Below the pieces are notes generated by a model that worked only from the letters and a program-made list of their open reading frames with translations, made no database searches and had not been told where the DNA came from. A stretch of 64,000 bases of DNA from Eutreptiella sp. 'Long Island Sound 2002' (taxonomy: Eukaryota > Protista > Euglenida): positions 128,340,001 to 128,404,000 of the forward strand of contig OZ038378.1 of assembly GCA_964036045.1 (NCBI GenBank), in the 5' to 3' direction. The translations under genes were made by a program, and so were the position numbers. This document shows positions 22,420 to 35,569 of this stretch, piece by piece. Each line of letters opens with the position of its first letter. Position 1 is the stretch's first letter.

Positions 22420-25300
22420 CAATTGAAAAAGTAACTTACCCCTGGATACGTTGAAGGCATGTTTACGACTTTCATAAAAACTAGCAGATTTGACGTTTGT
22501 GCACAGGGCGTTCGACCAACAAAATGATGGCCCGCCACGGTGTCTCGATGGGGTATCAGCCAAGGTGTATAAAACGTTTGAGTCCTTTTTTGTGCCCCTC
22601 GTGCACCATACGTGCGCATTGTTGTTGTGGGGGGGCTTGGTGGACAAAACTTGGTCAATGGGGGTGCAAATAAACATTCCCAAAGGCAACTTCACGGATT
22701 CAATCAACCAGCTGCGACTACTGACCATTGTTAATATGATGCTAAAGTGGATCACCACAATCCTTTTACTGCAGCCTGAGGACGTTGTTATGCAATTAGT
22801 GCCAACACAACAGACCGGATTCATGAAGGGACGAGACTTTTACCAAGGCCCGCATCAGTTTTTTGCGATTCCATGCCAGAGGGCTTTGTGTTGGCACTAG
22901 ATTTTGACAAAGCATACAACACCATCACCTTTGAACATGCCCATGTCATGTTTCATTTGATGGGGTTACCAACAGGCATGATTGCTGTGATGATGCAACT
23001 ATTGCAGTCACTAGTGTCCTTTTGTATTCAAGGCATTGTGATACCGGATGTCGTCTGGACCCCCCCGAGCAGGAATCACGCAAGGGGACACATTTTCACC
23101 AGCGCTTTTTGTACTCTTCGCTTCTGTGATTATCCCCATTTTACAGACAATACATCCAAATTTATGCGTGCGCATGTATGCAGATGATCTTGTTGTATAT
23201 ATTGCTTGTTCGGACGATGAGGCGGAACCCCTATTAGAGGACATCGTCCATGCGTTACGCACATTTGGGCTCCATACAGGGTTGCGCATGAAGGTGTCCA
23301 AGTCTAAAGTACTACTAAACAGACTCAAAGTAAAATTGTTTGTTTTGTCGTTGGGGCTGAAGCTGGCAGACAAAATTAGATATTTCGGGGTCATGATCGG
23401 ACATGGCACACAGAAGGACATTTTTGCATCGGCCATCTCAAATTCCTTCCTTCGTGCTCAAACCATCCGTGACATGGATATGACAGGTACAGAAAAGGTG
23501 CAACTTTTGACAGCATGGGTGTACCCGCTGTGGATAGTGCCAGCACGGGTATGCTATCCCAGCAAGCAGATTGTACGCCAGATGTGCACAATGCTGCAGA
23601 CGGCGCTAAGGCTTGACTCCTTGATTTTGACACTTCAGAGTTTGGTCATTCTTGCGGTAGTGGGGCTTCTATCTTATTTCCCAAAAAAATTCGTGCTTTT
23701 CCATCCTGCATCTTTGTTTCTACATTTTTTTTGGGAAAGCTCACCACTTCGCCCCACGATGTGTGGAGGCATGAGAGCGATGTGCACAGTCTGTGGGGTT
23801 GCGTCTGGACCTACAACTCTTACCTACGTTACAGCTAGGCTTGGTACCCTTGGATTCCCTTAACAGGATTGGGGTATCCTCTAAAGCATATTCACAGCTC
23901 AAATGCCACCTACCTTTGTCGTTGAATGAACGCGTGACAGTGGGAGACGTCCCACTACACCACACAACACACAACACGGGTACTCGTATTACTCCAACCG
24001 TTTGGCCAAGGACGGATTGCTCACTGTATGTGATCTTTTGCACGGTCCATGGAAATTGGATTTGATACCACCATCGTTTCATTCAAAATATTCGGAGCAT
24101 GCACATACACTTTCCAGAGCACAGTAGAATGATTCACCCATTCGGTGGGCATCCATTATTCTACAAGGCTCCCCAAAAACATTTTTTCCCATCGTCCTGG
24201 CGTCCGAGGAGACTTCAGGACGACGACCTGTGGAGGTATGGTGTGCTTTTAATCGGCTGATTTTGCCACACTCTAGTAAGGAATTCATCAGAGAGAGTTT
24301 GTGGGCCAATCTGAAGGTGGGGGACAGATTGAAGTCTTGGCTCCCAGGGCAACGCCATTGCTGTTTGTGTGGCGAAGTTCAGACGGTACCACATGTACTA
24401 TTTAATTTCAAAGTTGTCCTACTCACTGGAGACATTATTTGTAAGTGCTTCAATACACCTGTGCATCAGTTTTCGCACGACCATCTCCAGACACTGTCCA
24501 CTCCACAGGGATTGCTTTTATGGGCAGCCAGACAGGCCAACTGGAGCGTACGGTTCTGTGCGTTCTTCCAACCGGTCAGTCAATGCTTCCCACTTTGTCA
24601 AAGGCGGTCCCATATATTGCAAACTTGGTCGGAGCTTTCTGAACTGAGTGTGAACATGAGTGAAGTGTGAAAGTTTTTTACAGTATTGCAAGGTTTCTTG
24701 CCGACAGGGCAGTGGCCTTGCACTGAACTGTCCCGGACACGGCGCTTACCACCCCACACCACAAGCAGAGAAATCACACCGCAAAACAATGCGAACACTC
24801 GAAAAAGCGGAACAAGTGCGTCCCTTGTTGGAGTCTTTACGGCACGAGGGGAGAGTGATGATATTGACAGATGGGTTGTCTGACAAACCACAGGTGGATG
24901 GACCGTGGGTGGGGGGGTTCGGGGTGTATTCTCCCTCGCGACCGGAAATGAATGTGAGTGAATTTCTACCAGTAGGGGAATGGCAAACAATAGGGCGAGC
25001 AGAACTGAGGGCGGCATTGAGAGCACTCAATGAGCTGACGATGTTGTGACCCGCGTCCATCATGTGCGACTCAAAATATATTGTGGATGGCTGCAATGGG
25101 CAGGCCATGAAATGGAAGCGTAATGAGTGGTGTACAACCTCAGGCCCGGTCAAACATACAGATTTGTGGAAAGAAATCTCGATACTCATGGAGGTTTATG
25201 CCACACATGTCACAGTGCATCATGTACCCTCACACTCAGGGATGGCACGAAACAATGTAATGGATGCATTGGCAGGGGAGGGCCGCAACGGTAATACATA
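22420..25300 (+). mobile_element. LINE pol pseudogene (RT, zinc finger, RNase H), frameshifted
   Basis: GPPRCLDG, LRLLTIVN, LALDFDKAYN, GITQGDTFS, YADD, RYFG, CCLCGEVQTVPHVLF, ILTDG, WQTIGRAEL, CDSKYIVDG, HVPSHSGMARN. Confidence 0.9.
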
Positions 25301-25612
25301 ACATCAGGTGCAAGGTGTGGGATATCACCGCAGCCCGTGAAATCACGTCTCCATTGGCAGTGGTGATATATAGCATGGTCTAGAAAGTATGGGATGTAAC
25401 CGCAGCCCTTGAAATCATGTCTCCATGGGCAATGGTGATGTGTAACATCATGTACAAGGTGTGGGATATCACCATGGCCTAAGTAATCACGGCTTCATTG
25501 GCAGCGGTGATGTGTAACATGGTCCACAAAATTTGGGATGTCACCGCAGCCCCAGAAAACCATGTCTCCATGGGCAGCGGGGACATGTAGCATCGTCTAC
25601 AAGGTATGGGAT
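25300..25612 (-). repeat. 72-bp tandem array, inverted
   Basis: Reverse complement of the 22059 unit, ~4.5 copies. Confidence 0.9.
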
Positions 25613-26099
25613 ATTGGGGAGAAATCGGTTGTGGTCACGGCGATTGTTACGGAACAAAACAAGGACGGCCTACACATTGAGAGTGCGCATGTCTCGTTGA
25701 ACGTGCAGCGTAATACGGATGATGGCCACATGTCGGATACGCTGGAACGTGCTGTGACCGATCCGGGGACTCACATGTGGTTCAAAAGGCTCCAGGACGA
25801 TGTCGCTCAACACGAAAATGGACACCATGGCAGGCAAAATTGTCCGCGAGCTGCAAAAGTCCCTGCCACAGCAGCCGCTGCTGCCACAGCCGTCCACACA
25901 ACCTCCACAAGTGAACGCGCCACCCAATAACAATTTGATCAAGAAGCTTCCTGATATAGGCCGACCCATGGACCCGCCTCCCATTGGCATGTTAGCCTTC
26001 AACCAACAGAGTCGCAGCACGGCCTCCCGTTGTTCGGACTCGCTCGTGTCCCAAACGTCACACAATCCCCTTCATGATATGCAGCAATCGCCTTGTTAA

Positions 26100-26600
26100 C
26101 ATTGCGCTTGACCCAATCTTTGTGTGACTCCGACGGGAGTCGTTCAAATTGCAGCCGGACACGATTGGCACAGTTTTGCATCCTCGGCGTTGATGCCTTT
26201 TCTAGCAGTAACTCAATAAGCACGCCCCGTGTCTCACGTCGCCAGTTGTCATGTCGCGGCGGGTTTGCTCTAGACGACGATCATGGCTCTTTGCGGCAAC
26301 ACTCCTTTGTGTGGGTGCACAGGATTTGGCCGTAACCACAACACAGTTTTAGTTTCCCATTGGACCAAGTGTCGCCTAGGGTTGCATCCCCAGGGAGGTC
26401 ATCTCCTGGATGTGTGCTCTTCCTTGTGTGATTGGCGCAGTTTTTGGCGATGCGGCCGTCACCTCCGCATTCGTAACACTTCACCATGATGTATTGGTTT
26501 GTAGAGAGTTCGTAAAGAGCGTGGCGTAGGAGCAGTACCATATGATAACGATAGCACTGTTGATAGCGACGATGACGGTTGCCCGCGTATAATGACACGT
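26100..26600 (-). pseudogene. gag-like fragment with CCHC-type zinc knuckle
   Basis: VKCYECGGDGRIAKNC (CX2CX4[H>R]X4C) in ORF 26281-26598. Confidence 0.55.
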
Positions 26601-26894
26601 GTCAACATGGGAAGGCGGACCGCTCGGGTGTCAAACAACAAGTTTTCAGCAATGCAACACGCAACGCAAGAGGCACTTGTCAATCTTGCATTGACCTACA
26701 ACAAAGTAGCGTGTGACCTGCGACGGTTTTCCTGGTTCACTCACCGTTATTTGTTGTGCCTTGGTTTCGGCCTCTTACTGAAAAACATATGCATGTGTGC
26801 TACTCGCACGCGGAAAGGTATGGCGCTTGTGTACAAAAAGCAAGCATGTGTCCCCATCAAACGGGGTGCCGCTGGCACCCCATCAATCACCATT

Positions 26895-27240
26895 GATCAC
26901 CGCTGCGCATGGAGAAATAATTTCACGGACCGCGGTCATATCCTATACTTTGGACCATGTTACATATCACCGATAGGCATAGGGACATGGTTTCAGTGGC
27001 TACGGTGATATCCTACCCCTTGTAGACCATGTTACATATCATTGAGGGGCTTGGATACATGATTTCAGGGGCTACGGTAATATGCCACACCTTGTACATG
27101 ATGTTACATGTCACCGCTGCCCATGGACACATGGTTTTAGGGGCTACGGTGATATAACACACCTTGTACATGATGTTACTTACCACCACTCGGCATGGAG
27201 ACATGCTTTCAGGGGCTACGGTGATATCCCTTACCTTGGA
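26895..27240 (+). repeat. 72-bp tandem array
   Basis: Same unit, ~4.5 copies. Confidence 0.88.
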
Positions 27241-27299
27241 GAGAGAACCTTTGAAATCGGGGCTCTTTCCACCCTCATTCCATTTAGCTTATACGGAGC

Positions 27300-27885
27300 G
27301 TGCACAGGGCCTGTTGCAGGCACATGCTGATATTTCAGAATATCGGTGGGCGTCTTTTATTTTGAGTGGGTCCTCCTAATCCTTCTTCCCTTTCATTGTG
27401 ACATCACAGGCGCCAGACAGCCTCCAGAGGTATGGCAAGCTTTTAATAAGTTGGTTATACCGCACTCCACTCGGGAATTAGTCAGGGACAATTTGTGGCT
27501 GAAATTGAAGGTAGGAGATCGACTAAAGGGATGGTTGCCACACCAGTGCATGTGTCCACTATGCCAGGAAGTGGAAACAATGGCACACCCTTTCTATGGT
27601 TGTCAGTTTCTGCGATTGAGCGTTGAAACAATTTTGCGGTGTTACGGTGATATGTTCCAGCCTCCTTATACTGCGCCGTTTCGTATGTCATTGACCCAAC
27701 ATTCTGTTACATTGACAACTCCACAGGGAATCTTCTTGTGGTCCGCCACGCATGCAAACTGGAAAGTGCATTGTCAACATCGACACACTAACACCGCGCC
27801 TACAACACACATATTTGTCACAGCATGGTATCGTTTGTCGCGCCCCTGGGCGTCTTTCAATGGCTTCAGTTTCTAGAAGTCAGAG
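27300..27885 (+). mobile_element. LINE fragment, zinc-finger region
   Basis: LKLKVGDRLKGWLPHQCMCPLCQEVETMAHPFYGC, paralogous to 24230-24600. Confidence 0.8.
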
Positions 27886-27889
27886 CTCG

Positions 27890-28800
27890 GTAAGTTCATT
27901 GTTGTGCTACAACTATTTTTGACAGAAGAGAGCGGGTTTTTTGCCCTCTTGGCAGCGTCTCGCCCCAGCTCTCCGACCCCCCCAGCAATTGAAATCAAGG
28001 CGCAGGTCGTTGAGAAAAAGTGAAAGCGCACAACAAACACATGAGTTGGTGGAGAGCTTTTGTGTCTGATCCGGTGTACAAATGATCATGCTGGAGTCCA
28101 CCCTACTCAGAACCGACTCTGGTGTCCACGGTATAAAGTTATCCGGCTGTGGAGGCGGCGTGCTCTCCCTAAGCCCCACAATGTGTAAGTCCTGCTCCGG
28201 GTCCTCCCTCTCCCCTTCCTTTCCCACAGCGAGCAACGATTTGTTGGCAGTGCACAGTGGACTCTGAAGCCTACCCTGGCTGGCCAGTGCATCAACGTGT
28301 TCATTTTCTGTCAAACCCGCATGGGATGGAACATGATAGACAGTCACATGTGACCCACAAGACTAAAGCAAAACCAAATTTCTTTTCCACAAGTCTGCAC
28401 GGGGCATTGGCCGAGCCGCTGTGTGCCAATTATTGCGGCGCCATCACTGCGCCCAACCATTACAGCTATTGACCACATACTCCGTGTCGCACATGACACA
28501 CGTTCGTCTATGCATGGTTACTTCATAAAAGAGCCTTCAAAACTGCCAAGAGCTCTGTCCTGCCTATGGTATGTGACTCCGAAAGAGGCACAAATTCGGA
28601 TACGTTGCACTCGGCCGATCAGGAAAATAAACTCCATACCCACCCACCCAGTCCCCTCCCATCTCTGGTCGATCAGGCGATCCATCTGTCCATATCATCT
28701 CCCTGCCCTCCCTTTGTCCCTCACACACGGTATTTATCACTTTGAACAAACCATCGCCGGAGCACTCACAAGATTTTACAGACTTTGAGGGACAGTGAAC
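27890..28800 (-). mobile_element. LINE fragment, RNase H region, inverted
   Basis: IWTDGS...WVGGYGVYF, MCDTEYVV, YHVPSHAGLTENEHVDALA; paralogous to 24780-25290. Confidence 0.82.
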
Positions 28801-28959
28801 ATCCTATGCATCAAGTGAATGGAGGCTGAATTCAGTGTACACACACGAGCATGAACGATGTACTTAGCCAATAAATGACCACAAGGCATTGAGGCACCTC
28901 AGCAACAATGGACATTATGAATTTTCGGACCACATTGGTGGGTGTGGTACCTCCACCGG

Positions 28960-29688
28960 AGGCCATACCTTGGGGACCATGTTACATGTCTCTGCTGACC
29001 ATGAGACATGGTTTTAGGGGTTGTGGTGATATCTCACACCCTGTAGACCATGTCACATATCACCACTGCCAATGGAAACATGATTATTGGGGCCGTGGTG
29101 ATATCCAACACCTTGTACATGATGGTACATATCACCGCTGGGCATGCAGGAATGGTTTTAGGGGCTGTGGTGATATCCTGCACCTTGTACATGATATTAC
29201 ATATCACCGCTACCAATGGAGATGTATATACTTCCAGGGGCGGTGGTGATCTCCCACACCTTGTACATGATGTTACCAATCACCGCTGGGCAGGTGGGAT
29301 ATCACCACAGCCCCCGAAACCATGTCTCCATGGGTAGCCGTGGTATGTAACATGGTCCACAAGGTGTGGGACATCCCCTCAGCCCCTAAAATCATGTCTC
29401 CATACCTAGCGGTAATGTGTAACATCATGTACAAGGTGTGGAATATCACCGTAGTCTCTGAACTCATGTCTCCATGCCGAGTTGTGATATTTAACATAAT
29501 GTACCAGCTATGCGATATCACCGCAGCCCCTAAAAACATGTCTCCATGGGTAGCGGGAATATGTATCATGGTCAACAAGGTGTAGGATATCACCAAAGCG
29601 CCTGAAATCATGTCTCCATTGGTAGCAGTGATATGCAACATGGTTTACAAGCTGTAGGATATCACCGCAGCCCCTGAAATCATGTCTC
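28960..29688. repeat. Fold-back pair of 72-bp arrays (plus 28960-29291, minus 29292-29688)
   Basis: Orientation flips at ...ATCACCGCTGGGC|AGGTGGGATATCACC with no intervening sequence. Confidence 0.88.
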
Positions 29689-29799
29689 TTTTTGTCTTCC
29701 ACTTCAACGTGTTCAATTGATCTTTTGGCTTTTGTTGTGATTAGTCCTTGTCTCCGTCCTCAAAAGTCCCCTAACTGGTGTCAAAGCCAGGCAATGGAT

Positions 29800-30490
29800 C
29801 GATCCAAGTGCACCAGCAACTAAGGAGGATGCCCACTGTGCACAGTTCCTATTGTCGAAGATGGCGAATAAAGATGAGGGCGGCAAAGGTGTCAAGATGA
29901 CAACAACGAATGTCTTGATGTGCGTGAACCCAAAATTGGTTAGTAGCGACGCGAAGGCATGAAGCGGAAGGTTTTGCGGAGTTGAAAAGGCAAGTCTGCT
30001 GCAATAAAGAGAATTTTGACGGAATTTAATAGCAATTGGACCGGACCACCAAGCAGATTGCCTTCGTTTAGAGAGATGTACATTGATTGATGGGGGAGAC
30101 ACGTGTGAATGAGATGCGGCATCTGCCGTGGTGGCATGAGGTGGGACGATTGGACGCCATTGCGGGAAAGCTTTTGCAAGGGGGCGGCCGCAACGCTGAA
30201 CCAACCCAACTCGTATTTTTTGTGCGGCTGAACAAAGACGGGAACATGTACCAGAAGTACAAGTGTACCACTATGTTCAAGGAGCGCAACTATGTTGGGC
30301 TTGCTGTGAATAAAGACAACATTGGTGACGATGTGTTTGATACGACAATGGAATGCTACTCGAGGGATGAAGACATGATGTACAAATGGATGAAGGATCT
30401 TAATGGTGTGCTCCTTCACCAGAGATAGGCAATGGCACAAGCCGAGGCCCTAGAGAGTACGGATGATGAAGATGACGAGGATGTGGGTGC
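29800..30490 (+). pseudogene. Orphan coding remnant with short acidic tail
   Basis: ORF 30087-30428 reads protein-like and continues past TAG into AMAQAEALESTDDEDDEDVGA; no motif recognised. Confidence 0.3.
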
Positions 30491-31569
30491 TTAATAAAAC
30501 GTAGGCAGAGAAGGAGGCCACCTGTCTGTGTCTCACCAAGGACTTGCGAGAGGGCACCCCAGCCAAGTGGAGAGTCCACCCAGCGTCACCCACCAAGGGG
30601 CACAACCGAAGAGCAGGTGTCTAAGATCATGGCCGCACGGTGGTGACAATGTGGGGAGTGTGTCTAGCTTGGGCTAGTGATCCGTGCTAAGCGTACAAAT
30701 GTTGTTGAACCTTTAGGCTGCAAGGCACAGGCTGCAAGCAACAGTCAAAACAAAATTCTCCTCAGTCACATTGCCATAGGCAACTTGTGCTGTGATACAA
30801 ACGTACCCACCCCCCTTTGTGCAAGCACGTTGAAAGTCAGGAAAACGACAATCGGGCGGGCTCCCATGCTTAGCCATAATCCGACGATGGTCATCACCTT
30901 CTGGCATCACACCGGCTGCAACGCAGTTCACAAGTCAAAGAAATGCAAGAGCTGTGTCTGTGAATCAGTTCAAGCGCGGCAAACCCGCGGCCACAGTTTT
31001 GAGCAAAGTGGCGTAGCCGCCGGCATGTGTTCGGTGTTCCTCTTTGTGCACATCTCATGCCACCATCGTCCCAGGTAGGGTCACAACGCTTTAGGCATTC
31101 AAGATGCACTTTTGATTATTGTTTCTCCTGACCTTGCCACTTCTGCAACCTATGCCCCTCACTAAAGTCCGTGCTGAACCTCCTGCTTAGACAAGCCCGT
31201 GCTTGTGTGCGACACGCGGTACCAAAGAATGTATGTTGCCAAAAACCTGCCCCTACCTAACCCGAAGCATAATTATTGCAACAGGGCAGATATACAGTGT
31301 GGTGATGGAGCTCCATTAACACAATGTATTCTCTTTTTGTCAACAAAAATCTGTTCCAAGGTCATGTCCATGATCAAAGTCATCACTTGTTCATTGGTTT
31401 CCCCCCTTTTGGCCAGCGTTGCAACAACATGGCGATGCTCCCTATTCTTTGCATCCCTTTTCGTTACCCATGACTGAAAATCACATCAAAACAGAGAGCG
31501 TTGGGTTGCAGTTGCACGCAGAATGTTGGTTTGTGCATGAGGAACTACCACAAGCATAATGCAGCCCCC

Positions 31570-32450
31570 TTTTTCGCCTAAGCGACGCCACCCTCGATGA
31601 CACACTCACCCCACAGACGATGGAACCCGCGAGGCGCGCCACCCAGATACACCACAGCACCGCCAAACACACAATCTGGCACTACCCGACCACCATACAC
31701 CCAGAAGCGGTATTCCAGATCAAAGAGGCACTCTCCCTGGAACTCCCCGACACCCACAACGCCCACCAACCGGGGGCCTTCACCGCATACTGGAATTTCC
31801 CAACGGACGCCGGCATGGTACCCCAAGTGGCCGAGCCCACCCTACCACCCACCGTCACAGCGCTCGCCAGAGCAGTCCAAGCCATGGCACGCAGGGAAGG
31901 GGCCCCACCGGACTGGACGCCCAACACCCTAGTGGAGCAACGCGCCCACCACAACGCCAACAAGGCACAACAAATGGGCCGCCAAATACACCCGCCGCTG
32001 CGGGCCCCTCACCACGCACCACATCCCGGACAACTACCAGCTGCCCCGTGAGGGAAACCATACCCTACGCACAGCGCCAAGATGGAAGCTACCGACGGGT
32101 GCTGTGGAATGGAAGGAGATCTTGCCTGGAGGGACGGCGATAGAAGCTATCCACCTCGTCACACCTGATCAGATACAACTACCACCAGCCGCACATCTTT
32201 TCATCACCGCCCAGGGCACAGCCACCATCGAAGGCGCAACCATTGGAGAAGACAACCAGCTACCCCAGGCACGGCCCACGCAAGCCGTCTGGGTGACAGC
32301 AACGACGGACACCGACATTACCATCGCCCCGGACGCGGAGTGGGCCGCCATCCACTGTACCATGGAATGTACTAACAACAACCCCACGACGAGCGACTGG
32401 CAGGCGCGGTGGTCAATTGCTGCGGTCCTCTGCAATCGCAGCATAACCGC
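31570..32450 (+). pseudogene. Frameshifted coding fragment of unknown family, C/A-rich strand
   Basis: ORFs 31620-32051 and 32104-32583 join by one frameshift near 31930; composition resembles the retroelement ORFs. Confidence 0.4.
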
Positions 32451-33329
32451 ATCACATTACATTTCTGACCACAAAAACTGTGGTCAGAAAAAGCCAGGAA
32501 AACGACAGTCAAACGGGCTACTGTGCTTGGACAAGGCAGTGCTTGCGCAAGGGGGGGGGGTAACCCTGAGATATTGTTCCTGAGAGCTCGTTCAAGAGTC
32601 ACAAACCTAACCTACACAATATTGGACACAACTGATTAGTATCGTGTTCGCTTCACCGCACCCCCGCCCCCCCGGTGGGCACCCCAGCTCACCAAACCTG
32701 GGCCTGTGCACTGTTGTACAAGGGAACATAGACCTGCAGAATCAAGGGACCAATCGCCAACACCATGGACCACAGGCCCCCAAATGTTTTAGGTGTCATG
32801 ATGCATGGGCCCCTCCGCCCCACATCGCATGCCTGCGGAGCCACTCGCTCAAATCTGCTGCTGAAAAAATGAGGTCTTGGGGCAATTTCCGTGGCCACCT
32901 TCTCCGCCACTTTTTCATGAGGTCAATCGCCTTGACAACCTCCTTGCCATTTTGTTGGTGCGTCTGCATAAATGAAGCAACCAGGATCCACTCGTACAAA
33001 AGATACCTGTACGAAACAAACCAAACCTAACCAAGAAATTATGGAGAGCATTTTCATTGCTTCGTGTCTGTTCATGCAGCCTGCAGCCCCCCCCACCCCC
33101 CACCCCTGCCAGCCTTTACTTTATCAACTGAAGTGCAAACAGTTGCAGACAGGGGCACGAGCATGTGCTCTTTGTTGTCTTGCTTGCAGGTACATCAGGG
33201 AAGTTCGGCTTTTCAATCTCCGTGGGGAGGGAGCCACTCAACCTAGCCAGTCATTCTGGTGGCAAAGAACATTGCTTGGGGCCGGACTTTTCATGAATTT
33301 GTGGCCCAATAGTTACGCAATTCTGAATT

Positions 33330-33740
33330 AAGTGCATGATCAGAGGCAGGCAATAGAAACAGGGGGGGCAGGATGCACATGGATGAACTGAACATAGATG
33401 ACAGCAGTTGAGGAAGGCGAGCAGAATGGAGAAAATCGAAGCCAAAACCGGATGGTTGGAAAAGGAAGAAGAGGAAAGAGGGGAGGACAGGTGTGTTGAA
33501 GGGTGGCAGCTGGCGGATGTCGGTAGGTGAAAGATAATGGGACAGAGGACAGGGATGAAAGCAGGTAGGAGGATCCAGGTTGGGGGAGAGGGACAAGAAA
33601 TGAGAAAGACAAAAGACCACAGAGGAGACGTGCAGCGAATAAGGTCTGGTGTCAGGGGTACAACAGAGACAAAGACAGAGGACAAGGATACTGCCTAGAA
33701 TATAACAAGAACAAGGGCACGGAGCATACACTGGTGAGAC
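33330..33740 (+). repeat. GA-rich low-complexity tract
   Basis: Purine-rich runs (GAGAAAGACAAAAGAC, GACAGAGGACAGG). Confidence 0.6.
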
Positions 33741-33949
33741 TGTTCCCTGTCTGTCCAACTGTGTGACAGGATTTCTCTGCAGAATGGATGATGATGACCT
33801 TGGAGAGAATTTTTCGTTCTGCAAGATTCGAGTTGGTGAGAGACAAGAAGAAAAGAAAAAAAGTGGCCCCAGGTGATTGCAGGGCACTGTGGCAGGGCGG
33901 CTTTGAACCGCAGCAGGAATGTAGAATCTGCAGTGCACGCTATTGCATT

Positions 33950-34775
33950 TCGTGTGCTCTGCATGACATTCCTTTTACTCTCTGCTGAGGTCCTGTTCTA
34001 AGTCATTATGTTCCCTTTGCACTCCATTACACTTCTGTAATGCTTCTTTTCATTCCCATGGCGCTCTGTCGCATTCTAGTTACATGCCGTTGCATTACCT
34101 TTGTGCTCCGTTGCATTCCTGATAAAGTTTGATGCCTTCCTATTGCACCAACTTACATCCCATCTGCACCCTGTTACATGCCTGTTGCACTGTATAACAT
34201 TCCTGTTGCCCCCCATTACATTTCCCTTTGCACTCCATTACATTGGTATTGCACTGCATTGCTGCAGAGGCAGGCTTGAAAATGCAGTTATGGCAGCGCC
34301 TTGGGCTTGATGTGCATTTCTTCCTCGATATCCCATCAACGTGTCATACTTCCATACATCTAGGACTGTTTCAGTTTGAATGATTTGTGAGACCTTTTTG
34401 TGAGCCAGAGATGCTATGCTTGCAGATAAGTGCATTCCACTGGGACTGATGGCAGTGTGCTCTGTCTTCACCGGATGATAAGCTGTTACAGTTCCTTTCT
34501 CACAGCAATACATTTTCGTTACACTCCATTACATTCCCTTTGCACTCTTTTACAAGCCGGTTGCAATCCAGTACATTCTTGTTACATTCGGTTACATTCC
34601 CTTTGCACTCCGTTACTTCCTTTTGGCACCCCATTGGATTCCCGTTACATCCCTGTCCCTTTGCACTACGTTACATTCTGTCCAACACCATTATGTACAT
34701 TGTCGCACTCCTGTTGCACTCTCTTGCATTCCATTTGCACTCCACTGTTGCCCTGTCCCCTCTTGACAGGAAGCT
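33950..34775 (+). repeat. Degenerate (CATTC/TTACA)-type pyrimidine-rich tracts (33950-34265, 34490-34775)
   Basis: TTACATTCCCTTTGCACTC recurs at ~34215, ~34525 and ~34590. Confidence 0.65.
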
Positions 34776-35569
34776 GGAACACAGGCTGGCAGCTGCACAG
34801 AAACTGCATACCAAATTGGTGAACCTGAAAACCGAGGGAAACTTCAAGCAGGCGCAGGCGATACAGGACAAGAACCTCTGGGAGGCATCTTTCCAGAGGG
34901 CTGAAGGTGATCGTTGAATCTGTGGCTGCCCCAACAGGCCAGGGCATTTTTTGGGGGATGCACGATTCCTTTGAATTCTTGTCGTTGGAAATAACCTCGA
35001 AGAGAGATTGGTAGATCAAGCGCAGGCGTGAGTGCGTATACTCCCCTTTTTTGGGGTCGTTCGCGTAGCATACCCCAATGTATGGTTTCTGACGTCTAAC
35101 CCCTTTTAAAATCATCTATCAAATCAATTTTAGGACCAAAAATGATCCCCGAATGATTTTTTGGATTTTGACCCCCATACCCCCCCACACTTGGGTACCC
35201 CTTTTTTGGGGGGGGGGTCGGGGGGGGCAAACTTCTTTGCGTATTGTGGCTGCTGTGTGTGTATTTGGACCTGGGTCCTAAAGAACTTTTTTCCCAACTT
35301 CAGGTACCCCCAGTTGCCCCCCCCCCCCCCCCCATATGGCCCCTTGCCAGTGACGACTTAGCCGTTTTCACACTGGATACACTGGATACACTGTTTGATG
35401 GCACGTGAAAGTTTTTTGAAATTCGATTTTGTATGAAACCCTTCCGTTGCCCCTAGGATGGGTTTCGGTGATCCTTTGGTGACAATACGGGTACTTGAGC
35501 ACCTATGGGGACCGACGTAATGGCCGCCGGGCCTATGTAGCCCTTGCCATGGGCCCTCCGAAAGCCACC

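Noticed and set aside
29273-29641. Repeat-protein ORFs such as MLHITATNGDMISGA
   Set aside because: By-product of a 24-codon DNA repeat; other arrays contain stops in these frames.
22059-29688. 72-bp dyad repeats as a CRISPR array
   Set aside because: The whole unit is repeated with no unique spacers, no cas genes are present, and the context is eukaryotic.
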